The position numbers were made by a program, and so were the translations under genes. DNA of 64,000 nt from Betaproteobacteria bacterium. GTDB taxonomy: Bacteria > Pseudomonadota > Gammaproteobacteria > Burkholderiales > SG8-39. Shown in pieces: positions 27,055 to 36,124 of this stretch; positions within the stretch are counted from its first letter, which is position 1, and every line of letters begins with the position of its first letter. The stretch spans positions 397 to 64,396 of the forward strand of contig JACOVA010000005.1 in NCBI GenBank assembly GCA_016177575.1. The letters are read 5' to 3'. Under the pieces are notes generated by a model. That model was not told the DNA's origin. It did not search any database and saw nothing but the letters and a program-made list of their open reading frames with translations.

Positions 27055-28131
27055 CTAGGCGCCGTTCGCGGCGCGGAACAGCCCGCGCGTGCCGAACAGC
27101 GGTGCATCGTACGGCCGCTCGTTGTAGTCGCGGTGATAGGTCTCGATGCGCTCGACTTCGCGCCGCGCGCCGAACACGAATCCGGTCCTCTGGTGAAGCG
27201 ACGTCGGCGCGACCTCGAGCACCGGGCCGTAGCCCGTGCTCGCGCGCCCGCCCGCCTGCTCGATCACCATGCCGATCGGGTTCGCCTCGTAGAGCAGACG
27301 CAGGCGTCCGGAGCGGCTCTTTTCCCGCTCGTCGCGGGGGTAGAGGAACACTCCGCCGCGCATGAGGATGCGGTGCGCCTCGGCGACGAGCGAGGCGATC
27401 CAGCGCATGTTGAAGTCCTTGCCGCGCGGCCCGCTCTTGCCCGCGAGGCACTCGTCGACGTAGCGCTTGACCGCCGGCTCCCAGAAGCGGCTGTTCGAGG
27501 TGTTGATGGCGAACTCGCTCGTCTCCTCGGCAACGCGCAGGTCCGGATGCGTGTAGATGAACTCGCCGATCTCGCGATCGAGCGTGAAGCCGTGCACGCC
27601 GTGGCCGAACGTGAGCACGAGCATCGTCGTAGGGCCGTAGATCGCGTAGCCGGCGCAGACCTGCTGCGCGCCCGGCTGCAGGAAATCGCGCTCCGCGGGC
27701 TCGGCGACGCCTTCGGGCGCGCGCAGCACCGAAAAGATCGAGCCGACCGAGAGGTTGACGTCGATGTTCGAGGAGCCGTCGAGCGGATCGAACGCGAGCA
27801 GGTAGCGGCCCTTCGGAAACTCGCCGGGGATCCGGTAGGGCTGCGCCAGTTCCTCCGAAACCATGCCGGCGAGCGTTCCGCCCCACTCGCAGGTGCGCAG
27901 GAAGACCTCGTTGGCCTCGACATCGAGCTTTTGCTGCGCTTCGCCCTGCACGTTGGCCGAGCCCGCGGCGCCGTGCATGCCCGCGAGCGCGCCCTTGCCT
28001 ACGAGGTACGCGATGCGCTTGCAGGCGAGCCGGATGTCGTTGACGAGCGCGGTGAACCCGCCGGTCGCGCCGGGAAACTTGCGCTGCTCGCCGATGATGA
28101 ACTCGGTGAGCGTCGTCTCACGCGGCGGCAT
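27055..28131 (-). CDS. fbp: Class 1 fructose-1,6-/sedoheptulose-1,7-bisphosphatase
   Basis: Tail of ORF 27055..28278 from [19 protein letters not shown]. Contains DPLDGSSNIDVNLSVGSIF. 358 aa. Overlaps the cbbY 3' end by 14 nt. Confidence 0.9.
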   Translation of the reverse strand: MPPRETTLTEFIIGEQRKFPGATGGFTALVNDIRLACKRIAYLVGKGALAGMHGAAGSANVQGEAQQKLDVEANEVFLRTCEWGGTLAGMVSEELAQPYRIPGEFPKGRYLLAFDPLDGSSNIDVNLSVGSIFSVLRAPEGVAEPAERDFLQPGAQQVCAGYAIYGPTTMLVLTFGHGVHGFTLDREIGEFIYTHPDLRVAEETSEFAINTSNSRFWEPAVKRYVDECLAGKSGPRGKDFNMRWIASLVAEAHRILMRGGVFLYPRDEREKSRSGRLRLLYEANPIGMVIEQAGGRASTGYGPVLEVAPTSLHQRTGFVFGARREVERIETYHRDYNERPYDAPLFGTRGLFRAANGA

Positions 28132-28834
28132 GCGCTTCTCCCAGCAGGCGCTGGACGCGCGCAACATCGACGTCTTCGAGCGAATCGAGGAGCAGGTCGG
28201 CGCCGTCGAACCCCTGGCCGATCGTCCAGCGGCTCGGCGTGACCACCGTGTAGAGACCCGCCGCTTTCGCCGCGGCAAGGCCGTTCGCCGAGTCCTCGAA
28301 CGCGACCGCGTCGCCGGCGCTCACCCGCAGCGTCGCGAGCAGCAGCTCGTAGAGGTCGGGCGCGGGCTTCCTGCGCGCGACCTGGTCGGCTGAAACCACC
28401 GCCGACACGCCGGCCGCGAGCTCCGCTCCGAGCGCAGCGATGAGGAGCGGGAGCACGCTCGCGGAAACCGAGGTCGCCGCGATCCCGATGCGCAGACCCG
28501 CGGCGCGCGCCTCGCCGATCAGCCGGCGCACGCCGGGGCGCGCGATCAGCTGCGCGTCCGCGACCAGCTCGCCGTAGATCCGGGTCTTGGCGCGATGCAG
28601 CGAGGGCACGAGCCGCCGCAGCCGCGTCTTGTCCGCGGCGGAATGCTCGAGGCGGTCAATGTAGCGCGCGATGCGCTCGGCGCCGCCCGACACCTGCAGC
28701 AGCTCGGCGTACAGATCGAGGCCCCAGTCCCACCCCAGACCGAATTCCAGGAACGCCTGGTTGAACGCCCGGCGGTGAAGCTCCTCGGTGTCCGCGAGCG
28801 TGCCGTCGAGATCGAAGATCAGCGCTTCAAGCAT
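28118..28834 (-). CDS. cbbY: CbbY-type HAD phosphatase (xylulose-1,5-bisphosphate phosphatase family)
   Basis: [28 protein letters not shown]... GGAERIARY ... HRAKT.IY ... closely follows the CbbY pattern from Rhodobacter/Cupriavidus rather than the Gph/CbbZ pattern (comparison from memory). 238 aa. Confidence 0.8.
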   Translation of the reverse strand: MLEALIFDLDGTLADTEELHRRAFNQAFLEFGLGWDWGLDLYAELLQVSGGAERIARYIDRLEHSAADKTRLRRLVPSLHRAKTRIYGELVADAQLIARPGVRRLIGEARAAGLRIGIAATSVSASVLPLLIAALGAELAAGVSAVVSADQVARRKPAPDLYELLLATLRVSAGDAVAFEDSANGLAAAKAAGLYTVVTPSRWTIGQGFDGADLLLDSLEDVDVARVQRLLGEAHAAA

Positions 28835-29126
28835 GGGGAAGGACGAACGCCATGCCGAGCGTCTGGCGCGCGTTGTCGTAGCCGATGAGGCGCACGAGGT
28901 GCCCGGGGTTCGCTTTGCGGCAGGCCTCGGCCTCGGCGAGGATGCGATCGACGCTTCGCTCGCCGAACAGAGGCAGCTTCCACATGGTCCAGTACGAGCC
29001 GCCCCTGCGCTTCGGGTCGGTATGCTCGATCGCTGCGTTCCAGCCGCGCGCGACGATGTGCTCGACCTGCTTGCGCACCTGCGGCGCCGTCATGGCCGGG
29101 AGATACGAGAAGGTTTCGTTTTTCAT
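28827..29126 (-). CDS. cbbS: RuBisCO small subunit, Form IA type, short (99 aa)
   Basis: [36 protein letters not shown]...[12 protein letters not shown]...[25 protein letters not shown] overlap with the cbbL stop. No in-frame upstream start is available. Confidence 0.9.
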   Translation of the reverse strand: MKNETFSYLPAMTAPQVRKQVEHIVARGWNAAIEHTDPKRRGGSYWTMWKLPLFGERSVDRILAEAEACRKANPGHLVRLIGYDNARQTLGMAFVLPHA

Positions 29127-30553
29127 GCGTTCACCGCGGCGAGCCGGTCGACGACGTCGAACTCGAACTTGATCTCCTTCCAGGTCTCCATCGCGGCCTT
29201 GAGCTCGGGCGAGTGGCGCGCCGCGGCCGTGAGGATGTCCTTGCCTTCGCGCTCGATGCTCCGGCCCTCGTTGCGCGCCTGCACGCAGGCCTCGAGCGCA
29301 ACGCGGTTGGCCGTCGCGCCCGCGGCATTGCCCTGAGGGTGGCCGAGCGTGCCGCCGCCGAACTGGAACACGGCATCGTCGCCGAAGATCGCGAGCAGCG
29401 CCGGCATGTGCCAGACGTGGATCCCGCCCGAGGCAACCGCGAAGGCGCCGGGCATCGCGCCCCAGTCCTGGTCGAAGAAGATGCCGCGCTCGCGATCCTC
29501 CTTCACCGACTTCTCGCGCAGCAGGTCGATCCAGCCGAGGGTTGCCTGGCGGTCGCCCTCGAGCTTGCCGACCACGGTGCCCGTGTGCAGGTGATCGCCC
29601 CCGGAGAGCCGCAGCGCCTTGGTGAGCACCCGGAAGTGGATGCCGTGGTGGGGATTGCGGTCGATCACCGCGTGCATCGCACGGTGGATGTGCAGCAGCA
29701 CCCCGTTCTCGCGGCACCAGTTGGCCAGGCCCGTGTTGGCGCAGAACCCGCCGGTGAGGTAGTCGTGCATGATGATCGGCGCGCCCAGGCTCTTCGCGAA
29801 CTCGGCGCGCCGGTACATCTCCTCCGGCGTCGGCGCGGTGACGTTGAGGTAATGGCCCTTGCGCTCGCCGGTCTCAGCTTCCGCCTTCTTGACCGCCTCC
29901 ATCACGTAGCCGAAGCGGTCGCGCCAGCGCATGAAGGGCTGCGAGTTGACGTTCTCGTCGTCCTTGGTGAAATCCAGGCCGCCGCGCAGGCACTCGTAGA
30001 CCGCGCGGCCGTAGTTCTTGGCCGAGAGGCCGAGCTTGGGCTTGATGGTGCAGCCGAGCAGCGGCCGGCCGTACTTGTCCATCCGGTCGCGCTCGACCTG
30101 GATGCCGTGCGGCGGGCCGCCGCAGGTCATGACGTAGGCGATCGGGAAGCGCACGTCCTCCAGGCGCAGCGCCCGGATCGCCTTGAACCCGAACACGTTG
30201 CCCACGAGCGAGGTGAACACGTTCACCACCGAGCCCTCCTCGAACAGATCGATCGGGTAGGCGACAAACGCGTAGAAGCGGTCAGGATCGCCGGGCACGT
30301 CCTCGATACGGTAGGCGCGCCCCTTGTAGTGCTCGAGGTCGGTGAGGAGATCCGTCCAGACGGTGGTCCAGGTGCCGGTGGAGGATTCGGCGGCGACCGC
30401 AGCCGCGGCTTCCTCGCGCTCGACCCCCGGCTGCGGCGTGATCTTGAAGCAGGCGAGGATGTCGGTGTCGCGCACGCGGTAGCCGGGCTCCCAGTAGGTC
30501 TGGCGGTAGGCCTTGACCCCGGCCCGGTACGAGCTCTCTTTGCTGGTGCTCAT
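29123..30553 (-). CDS. cbbL: RuBisCO large subunit, Form IA (green-like)
   Basis: From [21 protein letters not shown], preceded by SD AGGAGG. Has [46 protein letters not shown] and [11 protein letters not shown]. 476 aa. Confidence 0.97.
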   Translation of the reverse strand: MSTSKESSYRAGVKAYRQTYWEPGYRVRDTDILACFKITPQPGVEREEAAAAVAAESSTGTWTTVWTDLLTDLEHYKGRAYRIEDVPGDPDRFYAFVAYPIDLFEEGSVVNVFTSLVGNVFGFKAIRALRLEDVRFPIAYVMTCGGPPHGIQVERDRMDKYGRPLLGCTIKPKLGLSAKNYGRAVYECLRGGLDFTKDDENVNSQPFMRWRDRFGYVMEAVKKAEAETGERKGHYLNVTAPTPEEMYRRAEFAKSLGAPIIMHDYLTGGFCANTGLANWCRENGVLLHIHRAMHAVIDRNPHHGIHFRVLTKALRLSGGDHLHTGTVVGKLEGDRQATLGWIDLLREKSVKEDRERGIFFDQDWGAMPGAFAVASGGIHVWHMPALLAIFGDDAVFQFGGGTLGHPQGNAAGATANRVALEACVQARNEGRSIEREGKDILTAAARHSPELKAAMETWKEIKFEFDVVDRLAAVNA

Positions 30554-30592
30554 GCTTCCTCCTGGAGACGGGAGTTGTACGCCGGGCGCTTC

Positions 30593-30629
30593 ATAAGCAC
30601 AATTCACAGTTTCTTATCGTCCCTATAAG
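30593..30629. promoter_or_regulatory. Putative CbbR (LysR) operator in the cbbR-cbbL divergent region
   Basis: ATAAG-N15-CTTAT-N7-ATAAG. The distal pair, CTTATcgtccctATAAG, is a perfect T-N11-A type dyad. It lies inside the 88-bp intergenic region. Confidence 0.5.
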
Positions 30630-30641
30630 ATCTACTTGACA

Positions 30642-31562
30642 ATGTCTCTCAGACACGCGAGTTTCCGACGGCTGCGGGTGTTCGAGGCGGTGGCGCGGCT
30701 GCGCTCGTTCTCGCGCGCCGCCGCCGAGCTTCACCTGACCCAGCCCGCGGTGTCGATGCAGGTGCGCCAGCTCGAGCAGGAGACCGGGCTGCCGCTCTTG
30801 GAGCAGATGGGCCGGCGCGTCGACGTGACGCCCGCGGGACGCGAGCTCGTCGCCTGCGCGCGCGACGTGGCGCAGCGCCTGCGCGTCGCGGAAGAATCGC
30901 TCGCCGCGCTCAAGGGCAGCGGCGGCGGCGAGCTGGCGATCTCCGCCGTGAGCACCGCCAAGTACCACGTGCCGAAGCTGCTCGCGGAGTTCCGCCGCAA
31001 GCACCCGGGCGTGAAGGTGCGGCTCTCGGTCGCCAACCGCGAGCAGGTGGTGCGCGACCTCTCCGAGAACGCGGTCGACCTGGTCATCATGGGCACGCCG
31101 CCGCGCGGCCTGGATACCATTTCGGTCGCGTTCGCCGCGCACCCGATCGCGATCATCGCCGCGCCCGACCACCCGCTCACGGGCAAGCGCCGCATCTCGC
31201 TCGTGCGCCTCGCGGGCGAGACCTTCCTCATCCGCGAGCCCGGCTCGGGCACGCGCGCCGCGATGGAGCGCGTGTTCGCGGGGCGGCGTTTCCAGCCGCG
31301 CGAGACCATCGAGATGAGCTCGAACGAGACCATCAAGCAGGCGGTGATGGCCGGCATGGGCGTGAGCTTCCTGTCGCTGCACACCGTGGGGCTGGAGCTC
31401 GCCGCGCGACGGCTGGCCGTGCTCGACGTGACCGGCACCCCGGTAATGCGGCACTGGCACGTGATCCACCGCGAGCGCAAGCGCCTGTCGCCGATCGCGC
31501 TGGCGTTCAAGTCGTTTCTCATCGAGCGCGGCGCGCGCCTCATCGAGCAGGCGCTCGGCTAA
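30642..31562 (+). CDS. cbbR: LysR-family transcriptional activator of the cbb operon
   Basis: MSLRHASFRRLRVFEAVARLRSFSRAAAELHLTQPAVSMQVRQLE. Divergent from cbbL. The ATG at 30642 is preferred over the TTG at 30636. Confidence 0.9.
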   Translation: MSLRHASFRRLRVFEAVARLRSFSRAAAELHLTQPAVSMQVRQLEQETGLPLLEQMGRRVDVTPAGRELVACARDVAQRLRVAEESLAALKGSGGGELAISAVSTAKYHVPKLLAEFRRKHPGVKVRLSVANREQVVRDLSENAVDLVIMGTPPRGLDTISVAFAAHPIAIIAAPDHPLTGKRRISLVRLAGETFLIREPGSGTRAAMERVFAGRRFQPRETIEMSSNETIKQAVMAGMGVSFLSLHTVGLELAARRLAVLDVTGTPVMRHWHVIHRERKRLSPIALAFKSFLIERGARLIEQALG

Positions 31563-31580
31563 CGCCCCTACAATCGGATC

Positions 31581-32477
31581 ATGGAAATGCCCTTCATGAC
31601 CCCGCCGCTTTTCGAGAGCGGCGTTGCGCAGGCCGCGCCGCAGCAGCCCGCACATTGGTTCGTGTTCCGGGGTGACCGGCTGCTGGTCGAGCTCGGGCCG
31701 CCCAGCCCCCACCCTTCGGGCGATCTGCGGGTTCCCGCGCGACCGAGCTGGGCGCGCTTGCCGTTGCACAATAGCAACAACCGGTTGTGGTCCGAGCCCC
31801 TTCGAACCCTATATCTAGGCCGGCTCGCGGGCATCGACTGCTGGGCCGCGGAGCTCGCCCCGGAGGCCCCGCCGCCGCCGGCCGGCCTGGGCTGGGAGGG
31901 CCTGCGCGCCCTGTTCTCGGTGCTCGACGACGCGCACTTTGCGCTTGCCGGGCGCGCCGTCCAGCTGCTCGACTGGGACCGCAACCACCGCCACTGCGGC
32001 CGCTGCGGTGCGCCCACCGCGCCCAAGCCCGAGGAGCGGGTGCGGATCTGCCCCGCCTGCAAGCTGGCAGCCTATCCAAGGCTCGCTCCGGCGGTAATGG
32101 CTTTAGTTAGAAGGCAAAACCAAATTCTTCTGGCGCGCAGTCCGCATTTCCCGTCCGGCATGTACAGCGCGCTGGCCGGTTTCGTCGAGCCCGGCGAGAC
32201 CCTCGAGCAGTGCCTGGCGCGCGAGGTCGAGGAGGAAGTCGGCGTGCGGGTGTCGCGCACCCGCTACTTCGCCAGCCAACCCTGGCCGTTTCCCAACTCG
32301 CTCATGATCGCCTTCGTCTGCGACTGGGCGAGCGGGGAAATCCGGCCGCAGGCCGGGGAAATCGAGGCCGCAGACTGGTTCAACGTATTGCAATTGCCTA
32401 AACTTCCAAGCAAAATCTCGATTGCTCGCCGCCTGATCGATGCAGTTGCCGGCGAGATGCGAGACGAACGCGCGTGA
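31581..32477 (+). CDS. nudC: NAD+ diphosphatase / NADH pyrophosphatase (Nudix)
   Basis: Zn ribbon CGRCGAPT..CPAC, Nudix box GFVEPGETLEQCLAREVEEEVGV, and the NudC signature SQPWPFPNS. Confidence 0.85.
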   Translation: MEMPFMTPPLFESGVAQAAPQQPAHWFVFRGDRLLVELGPPSPHPSGDLRVPARPSWARLPLHNSNNRLWSEPLRTLYLGRLAGIDCWAAELAPEAPPPPAGLGWEGLRALFSVLDDAHFALAGRAVQLLDWDRNHRHCGRCGAPTAPKPEERVRICPACKLAAYPRLAPAVMALVRRQNQILLARSPHFPSGMYSALAGFVEPGETLEQCLAREVEEEVGVRVSRTRYFASQPWPFPNSLMIAFVCDWASGEIRPQAGEIEAADWFNVLQLPKLPSKISIARRLIDAVAGEMRDERA

Positions 32478-32546
32478 AACGGGGGCTTTGAACGAATTGA
32501 ACGATCCGGACGGACACAGTTGTACGCCGCGAGGCGACTACGCTGA

Positions 32547-32592
32547 GGCGCAGCCTGGAGGATTTGGTGCAGGGTTGCGCCTTCTCGTTTTC
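32547..32592 (+). terminator. Imperfect hairpin plus T-rich tract between nudC and the speD-speE fusion (terminator or leader attenuator)
   Basis: GGCGCAGCCTG-(12 nt)-CAGGGTTGCGCC followed by TTCTCGTTTTCC. Confidence 0.3.
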
Positions 32593-32606
32593 CAGGGGGC
32601 AAGAAC

Positions 32607-33866
32607 ATGAACGGTCTGCATCTCATCGGTGACCTGAGCGGTTGTCGCTGCGATCCGCAGCTCCTGCTCGACAGCGCCGGCATGAGGGAAAAATGCCTGC
32701 AGCTGGTGGCGCAGGCCGGCCTCACGACCATGGACTCGAACTTCCACCAGTTCGAGGGCGGCGGCTACACCGGCATGGTGCTGCTCGCCGAGTCGCACCT
32801 CGCCCTGCACACCTGGCCCGAGCGCCAGGGGGTGACGATCGACGTCTACGTCTGCAACTACAGCGCCGACAACAGCGACAAGGCGAAGACGCTGTTCGAG
32901 GGCATGGTCGGGCTGTTCCAGCCGGCCGAGATCGCGCGCCACGCCGTCGAGCGCAACGAGCACCTGCTCATGGAGCCGCTCAACGACTCGACCGGCTTCT
33001 ACATCAAGGCGACGCGCCAGGTGGGCCAGTGGCAGACCCGCTTCCAGAAGATAGAGATCTACGACACCGCGCATTACGGCCGCATCTTCCGCCTCGACGG
33101 CTTCAACATGACTTCCGAGCGGGAGGAGTTCGTCTACCACGAGAACCTGATCCACCCGGCGCTGACGGCGCACGCCGCGCCGCGGAAGGTGCTGATCGTC
33201 GGCGGCGGCGACGGCGGCTCCTCGGAAGAGGCGCTCAAGCACCCCTCGGTCGAGCGGGTGACCATGTGCGAGATCGACGAGGACGTGATCAAGGTGGCGA
33301 AGGAGCACTTCTTCGCGGTGCACCGGGGCGCCTTCGACAACCCGAAGCTGCGCGTGCTGATCGGCGACGGCATGAAGTTCATCCGCGAGACCCACGAGCG
33401 CTTCGACCTGATCGCGCTCGACCTCAACGACCCGATGGGGCCGGCCGAAGCGCTCTACTCGGCCGAGTTCTTCCAGCAGTGCCGCGCCGCGCTCGCCCCG
33501 GGCGGGGCGCTGGTGCTGCACATCGGCGCGCCGGTGGCCCGGCCCGAGCGCGTCGCCGAGCTCGCCCAGCGCCTGAACGGCATCTTCCGCATCGTGCGCC
33601 CCTACACGATGTACATCCCGCTCTACGGCGCGCAGTGGGCGATGGCGGTGTGCTCCGACAAGCTCGATCCCAAGTCGCTCACCGCCGACGAGATCGACCG
33701 CAGGATCGAGCAGCGCAGGCTGCAGGACCTCAAGTTCTACAACGGCGAGACCCACGAGGGCGTGTTCGCCCTGCCCAACTTCGTGCGCGACCTCGTCAAC
33801 CCGCCGCGCCTGAAGCAGCAGGCGCGCGGCCGGCGCCTGGGCGTGGTGAGGGCCGCGGCGAAGTAG
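32607..33866 (+). CDS. Fusion protein: pyruvoyl-dependent S-adenosylmethionine decarboxylase (class 1b, SpeH-like) + spermidine synthase/aminopropyltransferase
   Basis: The N-terminal ~115 aa carry the self-processing site LLAESHLALHTWPE. The C-terminal part has VLIVGGGDGGSSEE and DLIALDLNDPMGPAE (SpeE motifs). It is a single 419-aa ORF. Confidence 0.85.
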   Translation: MNGLHLIGDLSGCRCDPQLLLDSAGMREKCLQLVAQAGLTTMDSNFHQFEGGGYTGMVLLAESHLALHTWPERQGVTIDVYVCNYSADNSDKAKTLFEGMVGLFQPAEIARHAVERNEHLLMEPLNDSTGFYIKATRQVGQWQTRFQKIEIYDTAHYGRIFRLDGFNMTSEREEFVYHENLIHPALTAHAAPRKVLIVGGGDGGSSEEALKHPSVERVTMCEIDEDVIKVAKEHFFAVHRGAFDNPKLRVLIGDGMKFIRETHERFDLIALDLNDPMGPAEALYSAEFFQQCRAALAPGGALVLHIGAPVARPERVAELAQRLNGIFRIVRPYTMYIPLYGAQWAMAVCSDKLDPKSLTADEIDRRIEQRRLQDLKFYNGETHEGVFALPNFVRDLVNPPRLKQQARGRRLGVVRAAAK

Positions 33867-33881
33867 CCTCCGGCTGCCGCT

Positions 33882-35222
33882 TCAGGGGAGAGTCTTCAGG
33901 ATCTCCCGCGCGGTGCCGAAGAGCTGGTCGATCTCTTCTTTCTTGATGATGAGCGGCGGCGCGAAGGCGATGACGTCGCCCGTGACGCGCATGTAGACGC
34001 CCTTCTCGAAGGCCTTGAGGTGCGCTTCCAGCCCGCGCGCACCGGGCGCGCCAGCGCGCGGCGCGAGCTCGATCGCGGCGATGAGGCCGAGATTGCGGAT
34101 GTCCACCACGTTCGGGCAGTCGCGCATCGAGTGCGCGGCGTCCTCCCAGTATTTCGCGAGCTCGCCTACGCGCGTCAGCAGCCCTTCCTCCTGGTAGACC
34201 TCGAGCGTGCCGAGGCCCGCCGCGCAGGCCACCGGGTGCGCCGAGTAGGTGTAGCCGTGCGGCATCTCGATCGTGTTCTCCGGCCCGGTCATGAAGGTCT
34301 GGTAGAGGTTCTCTTTCATGAGCACCGCGCCCATCGGCACCGTACCGTTGGTGATGCCCTTGGCGGTGGTGATGAGGTCGGGCATGACGCCGAAATAGTC
34401 CGCCGCGAACGGCTTGCCGAGGCGCCCCCAGGCGTTGATCACCTCGTCGAAGATGAGCAGGATGCCGTGCCGGTCGCAGATCTCGCGCAGCTTCTGCAGA
34501 TAGCCTTGCGGCGGCACGTACACGCCCGCCGAGCACGCCACCGGCTCTACGATCACCGCGGCGATGGTCGAGGGATCGTGCAGCTGGCAGATGCGCTCGA
34601 GGTCCTCGGCGAGCTCGGCGCCGTGCTGCGGCTGGCCGCGCGAGAAGGCGTTCTTCGTCGGATCGTGCGTGTGGCGCATGTGATCGACGCCCGCCACCAG
34701 CGCGCCGAAGATCTTGCGGTTGCCGACGATGCCGCCCACCGCGGTGCCGCCGAAATTGACGCCGTGGTAGCCCTTCTCGCGGCCGATCAGGCGCATGCGG
34801 TGCCCCTCGCCGCGCACGCGGTGGTAGGCGAGCGCGAGCTTGAGCGCGGTGTCGACTGACTCGGAGCCCGAATTGGTGAAGAACACGCGCGTCATGCCCT
34901 TGGGCAGGAGCGGCACCAGCCGGTCGGCGAACTCGAACGCGAGCGGGTGGCCCATCTGGAACGGCGGCGCGAAATCGAGCGTCGCCACGCCTTTTTGCAC
35001 CGCTTCCACGATCTTCTTGCGGCAGTGCCCCGCGTTGACGCACCACAGGCCGGCGGTGCCGTCGAGGATCTTCCTGCCCTCCGGGGTGTAGTAGTACATG
35101 CCTTCGGCGCGCGCCAGCAGCCGCGGCGCCTTCTTGAACGCGCGGTTCATCGAGAACGGCATGAAAAACGCGGAATTCTCCAGCGACGTGCTTACGGCTT
35201 CCGGGCGGGCTCTCTCGTTCAT
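33882..35222 (-). CDS. Class III PLP aminotransferase (omega-amino acid/beta-alanine:pyruvate transaminase-like)
   Basis: 446 aa. Has GLWCVNAGH, FTNSGSESVDTALK, FDEVINAWGRLG and TTAKGITNG (Schiff-base Lys). Confidence 0.85.
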   Translation of the reverse strand: MNERARPEAVSTSLENSAFFMPFSMNRAFKKAPRLLARAEGMYYYTPEGRKILDGTAGLWCVNAGHCRKKIVEAVQKGVATLDFAPPFQMGHPLAFEFADRLVPLLPKGMTRVFFTNSGSESVDTALKLALAYHRVRGEGHRMRLIGREKGYHGVNFGGTAVGGIVGNRKIFGALVAGVDHMRHTHDPTKNAFSRGQPQHGAELAEDLERICQLHDPSTIAAVIVEPVACSAGVYVPPQGYLQKLREICDRHGILLIFDEVINAWGRLGKPFAADYFGVMPDLITTAKGITNGTVPMGAVLMKENLYQTFMTGPENTIEMPHGYTYSAHPVACAAGLGTLEVYQEEGLLTRVGELAKYWEDAAHSMRDCPNVVDIRNLGLIAAIELAPRAGAPGARGLEAHLKAFEKGVYMRVTGDVIAFAPPLIIKKEEIDQLFGTAREILKTLP

Positions 35223-35348
35223 GGCGTTTGCTCCAGGTGACTTCCGGCAATGGTAGCGCTCCGGCGCGCTCCGGAATACACTTTCCCGCCAACGCAGCCT
35301 GCAGGACCTATTGAGCTTCTGTCAGCCCGCGGGGCTCGTGGAGGTGCG

Positions 35349-36020
35349 TTAGACCGGCCTGATGTGGGCGAACACGCTGCGGGCGTTCCACGTTGGGAAG
35401 GCTCTTACCAGCGACGGCGAGCCGTCGAGTCGGATGCGGTCCTCGCGGGTGGCTTGGGCCCAGGTGAGCTGGCCCGCGTGCCACCTGACGAAGGCTTCGG
35501 CCTCCGCCGTGATGTAGAGGTCCTCGTCGAGGCCGGGGTACGTCTTGCAGATCTCGGTGTCTCCGCGCTCGATGAGCAGCCAATAGCGCTCACGGCGCGG
35601 GCGGCCGGTGAAGTCGAAGCGGATGACGACGCGTCGATCCGGGAGCCGGTCTCGGCGCAGCGCGTTGCACATCGACCACAAGGCCACGAAGGGGTCGAGG
35701 TTCTCGGGGGCGATTTCGAGCCAACGCGCACCCCACTCGCCGAGCGACTGGCAGACCGTGAAGAGCTCGTCGCCCGCGGACGTGAGCTTGTAGTGGTGCC
35801 CGCGCCCGTCGGGCGTGGGTGCCGACTCGACGACTCCAAGCCGTTCGAGCTGCTTGAGCCGCTGCGAGAGCAGGGTACGGGAGAGTCCGGGCGCGCCCTC
35901 CAGGATCTCGCTGAAGCTTCCGCAGCCAAGGTGCAGGTTGCGGATGATCAGCGGTGTCCAGCGCTCGGCGAAGATCTCGGCGCCACGGGCGATGGGGCAG
36001 TACTGGCCGTACGTCCTCAC
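35349..36020 (-). CDS. HxlR-family winged-helix transcriptional regulator with C-terminal extension
   Basis: YGQYCPIARGAEIFAERWTPLIIRNL..FSEILEGAPGLSRTLLSQRLKQLERLGVV. GTG start at 36020 is inferred. Divergent from the FAD oxidase gene. Confidence 0.75.
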   Translation of the reverse strand: MRTYGQYCPIARGAEIFAERWTPLIIRNLHLGCGSFSEILEGAPGLSRTLLSQRLKQLERLGVVESAPTPDGRGHHYKLTSAGDELFTVCQSLGEWGARWLEIAPENLDPFVALWSMCNALRRDRLPDRRVVIRFDFTGRPRRERYWLLIERGDTEICKTYPGLDEDLYITAEAEAFVRWHAGQLTWAQATREDRIRLDGSPSLVRAFPTWNARSVFAHIRPV

Positions 36021-36076
36021 GACGCAAGTGTTCCACACCTGCGTTTGGTTGTGGAGTCCAGATTCTTGACTAGACG

Positions 36077-36089
36077 GCCGCGGTCCGCG
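36077..36089. promoter_or_regulatory. Palindromic element CCGCGG-T-CCGCGG in the HxlR/FAD-oxidase divergent region (possible operator)
   Basis: Seen directly in the DNA, 36 nt upstream of the FAD oxidase ATG. That ATG carries a strong SD, GAAAGGAGG. Confidence 0.25.
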
Positions 36090-36124
36090 GTGGTCCGATG
36101 TGACCCTCGAGAAAGGAGGACCCC

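Noticed and set aside
28118-28834. Calling the HAD gene in the cbb operon cbbZ/gph (phosphoglycolate phosphatase)
   Set aside because: The sequence pattern ([18 protein letters not shown]..., [14 protein letters not shown]) follows CbbY-type proteins as I remember them rather than Gph. Biochemical confirmation is still needed.
30603-30629. Sigma-70 promoter TTCACA-N15-TATAAG for cbbR, and TTGTCA-based promoters for cbbL
   Set aside because: Spacing and hexamer quality are poor and several alternatives fit equally well. Only the LysR-type dyads are reported.
32568-32581. Sigma-54-like motif TGGTGCAGGGTTGCG upstream of the speD-speE fusion
   Set aside because: The GG-to-GC spacing is one nucleotide short of the consensus, and the sequence is part of the hairpin described as a terminator or attenuator.
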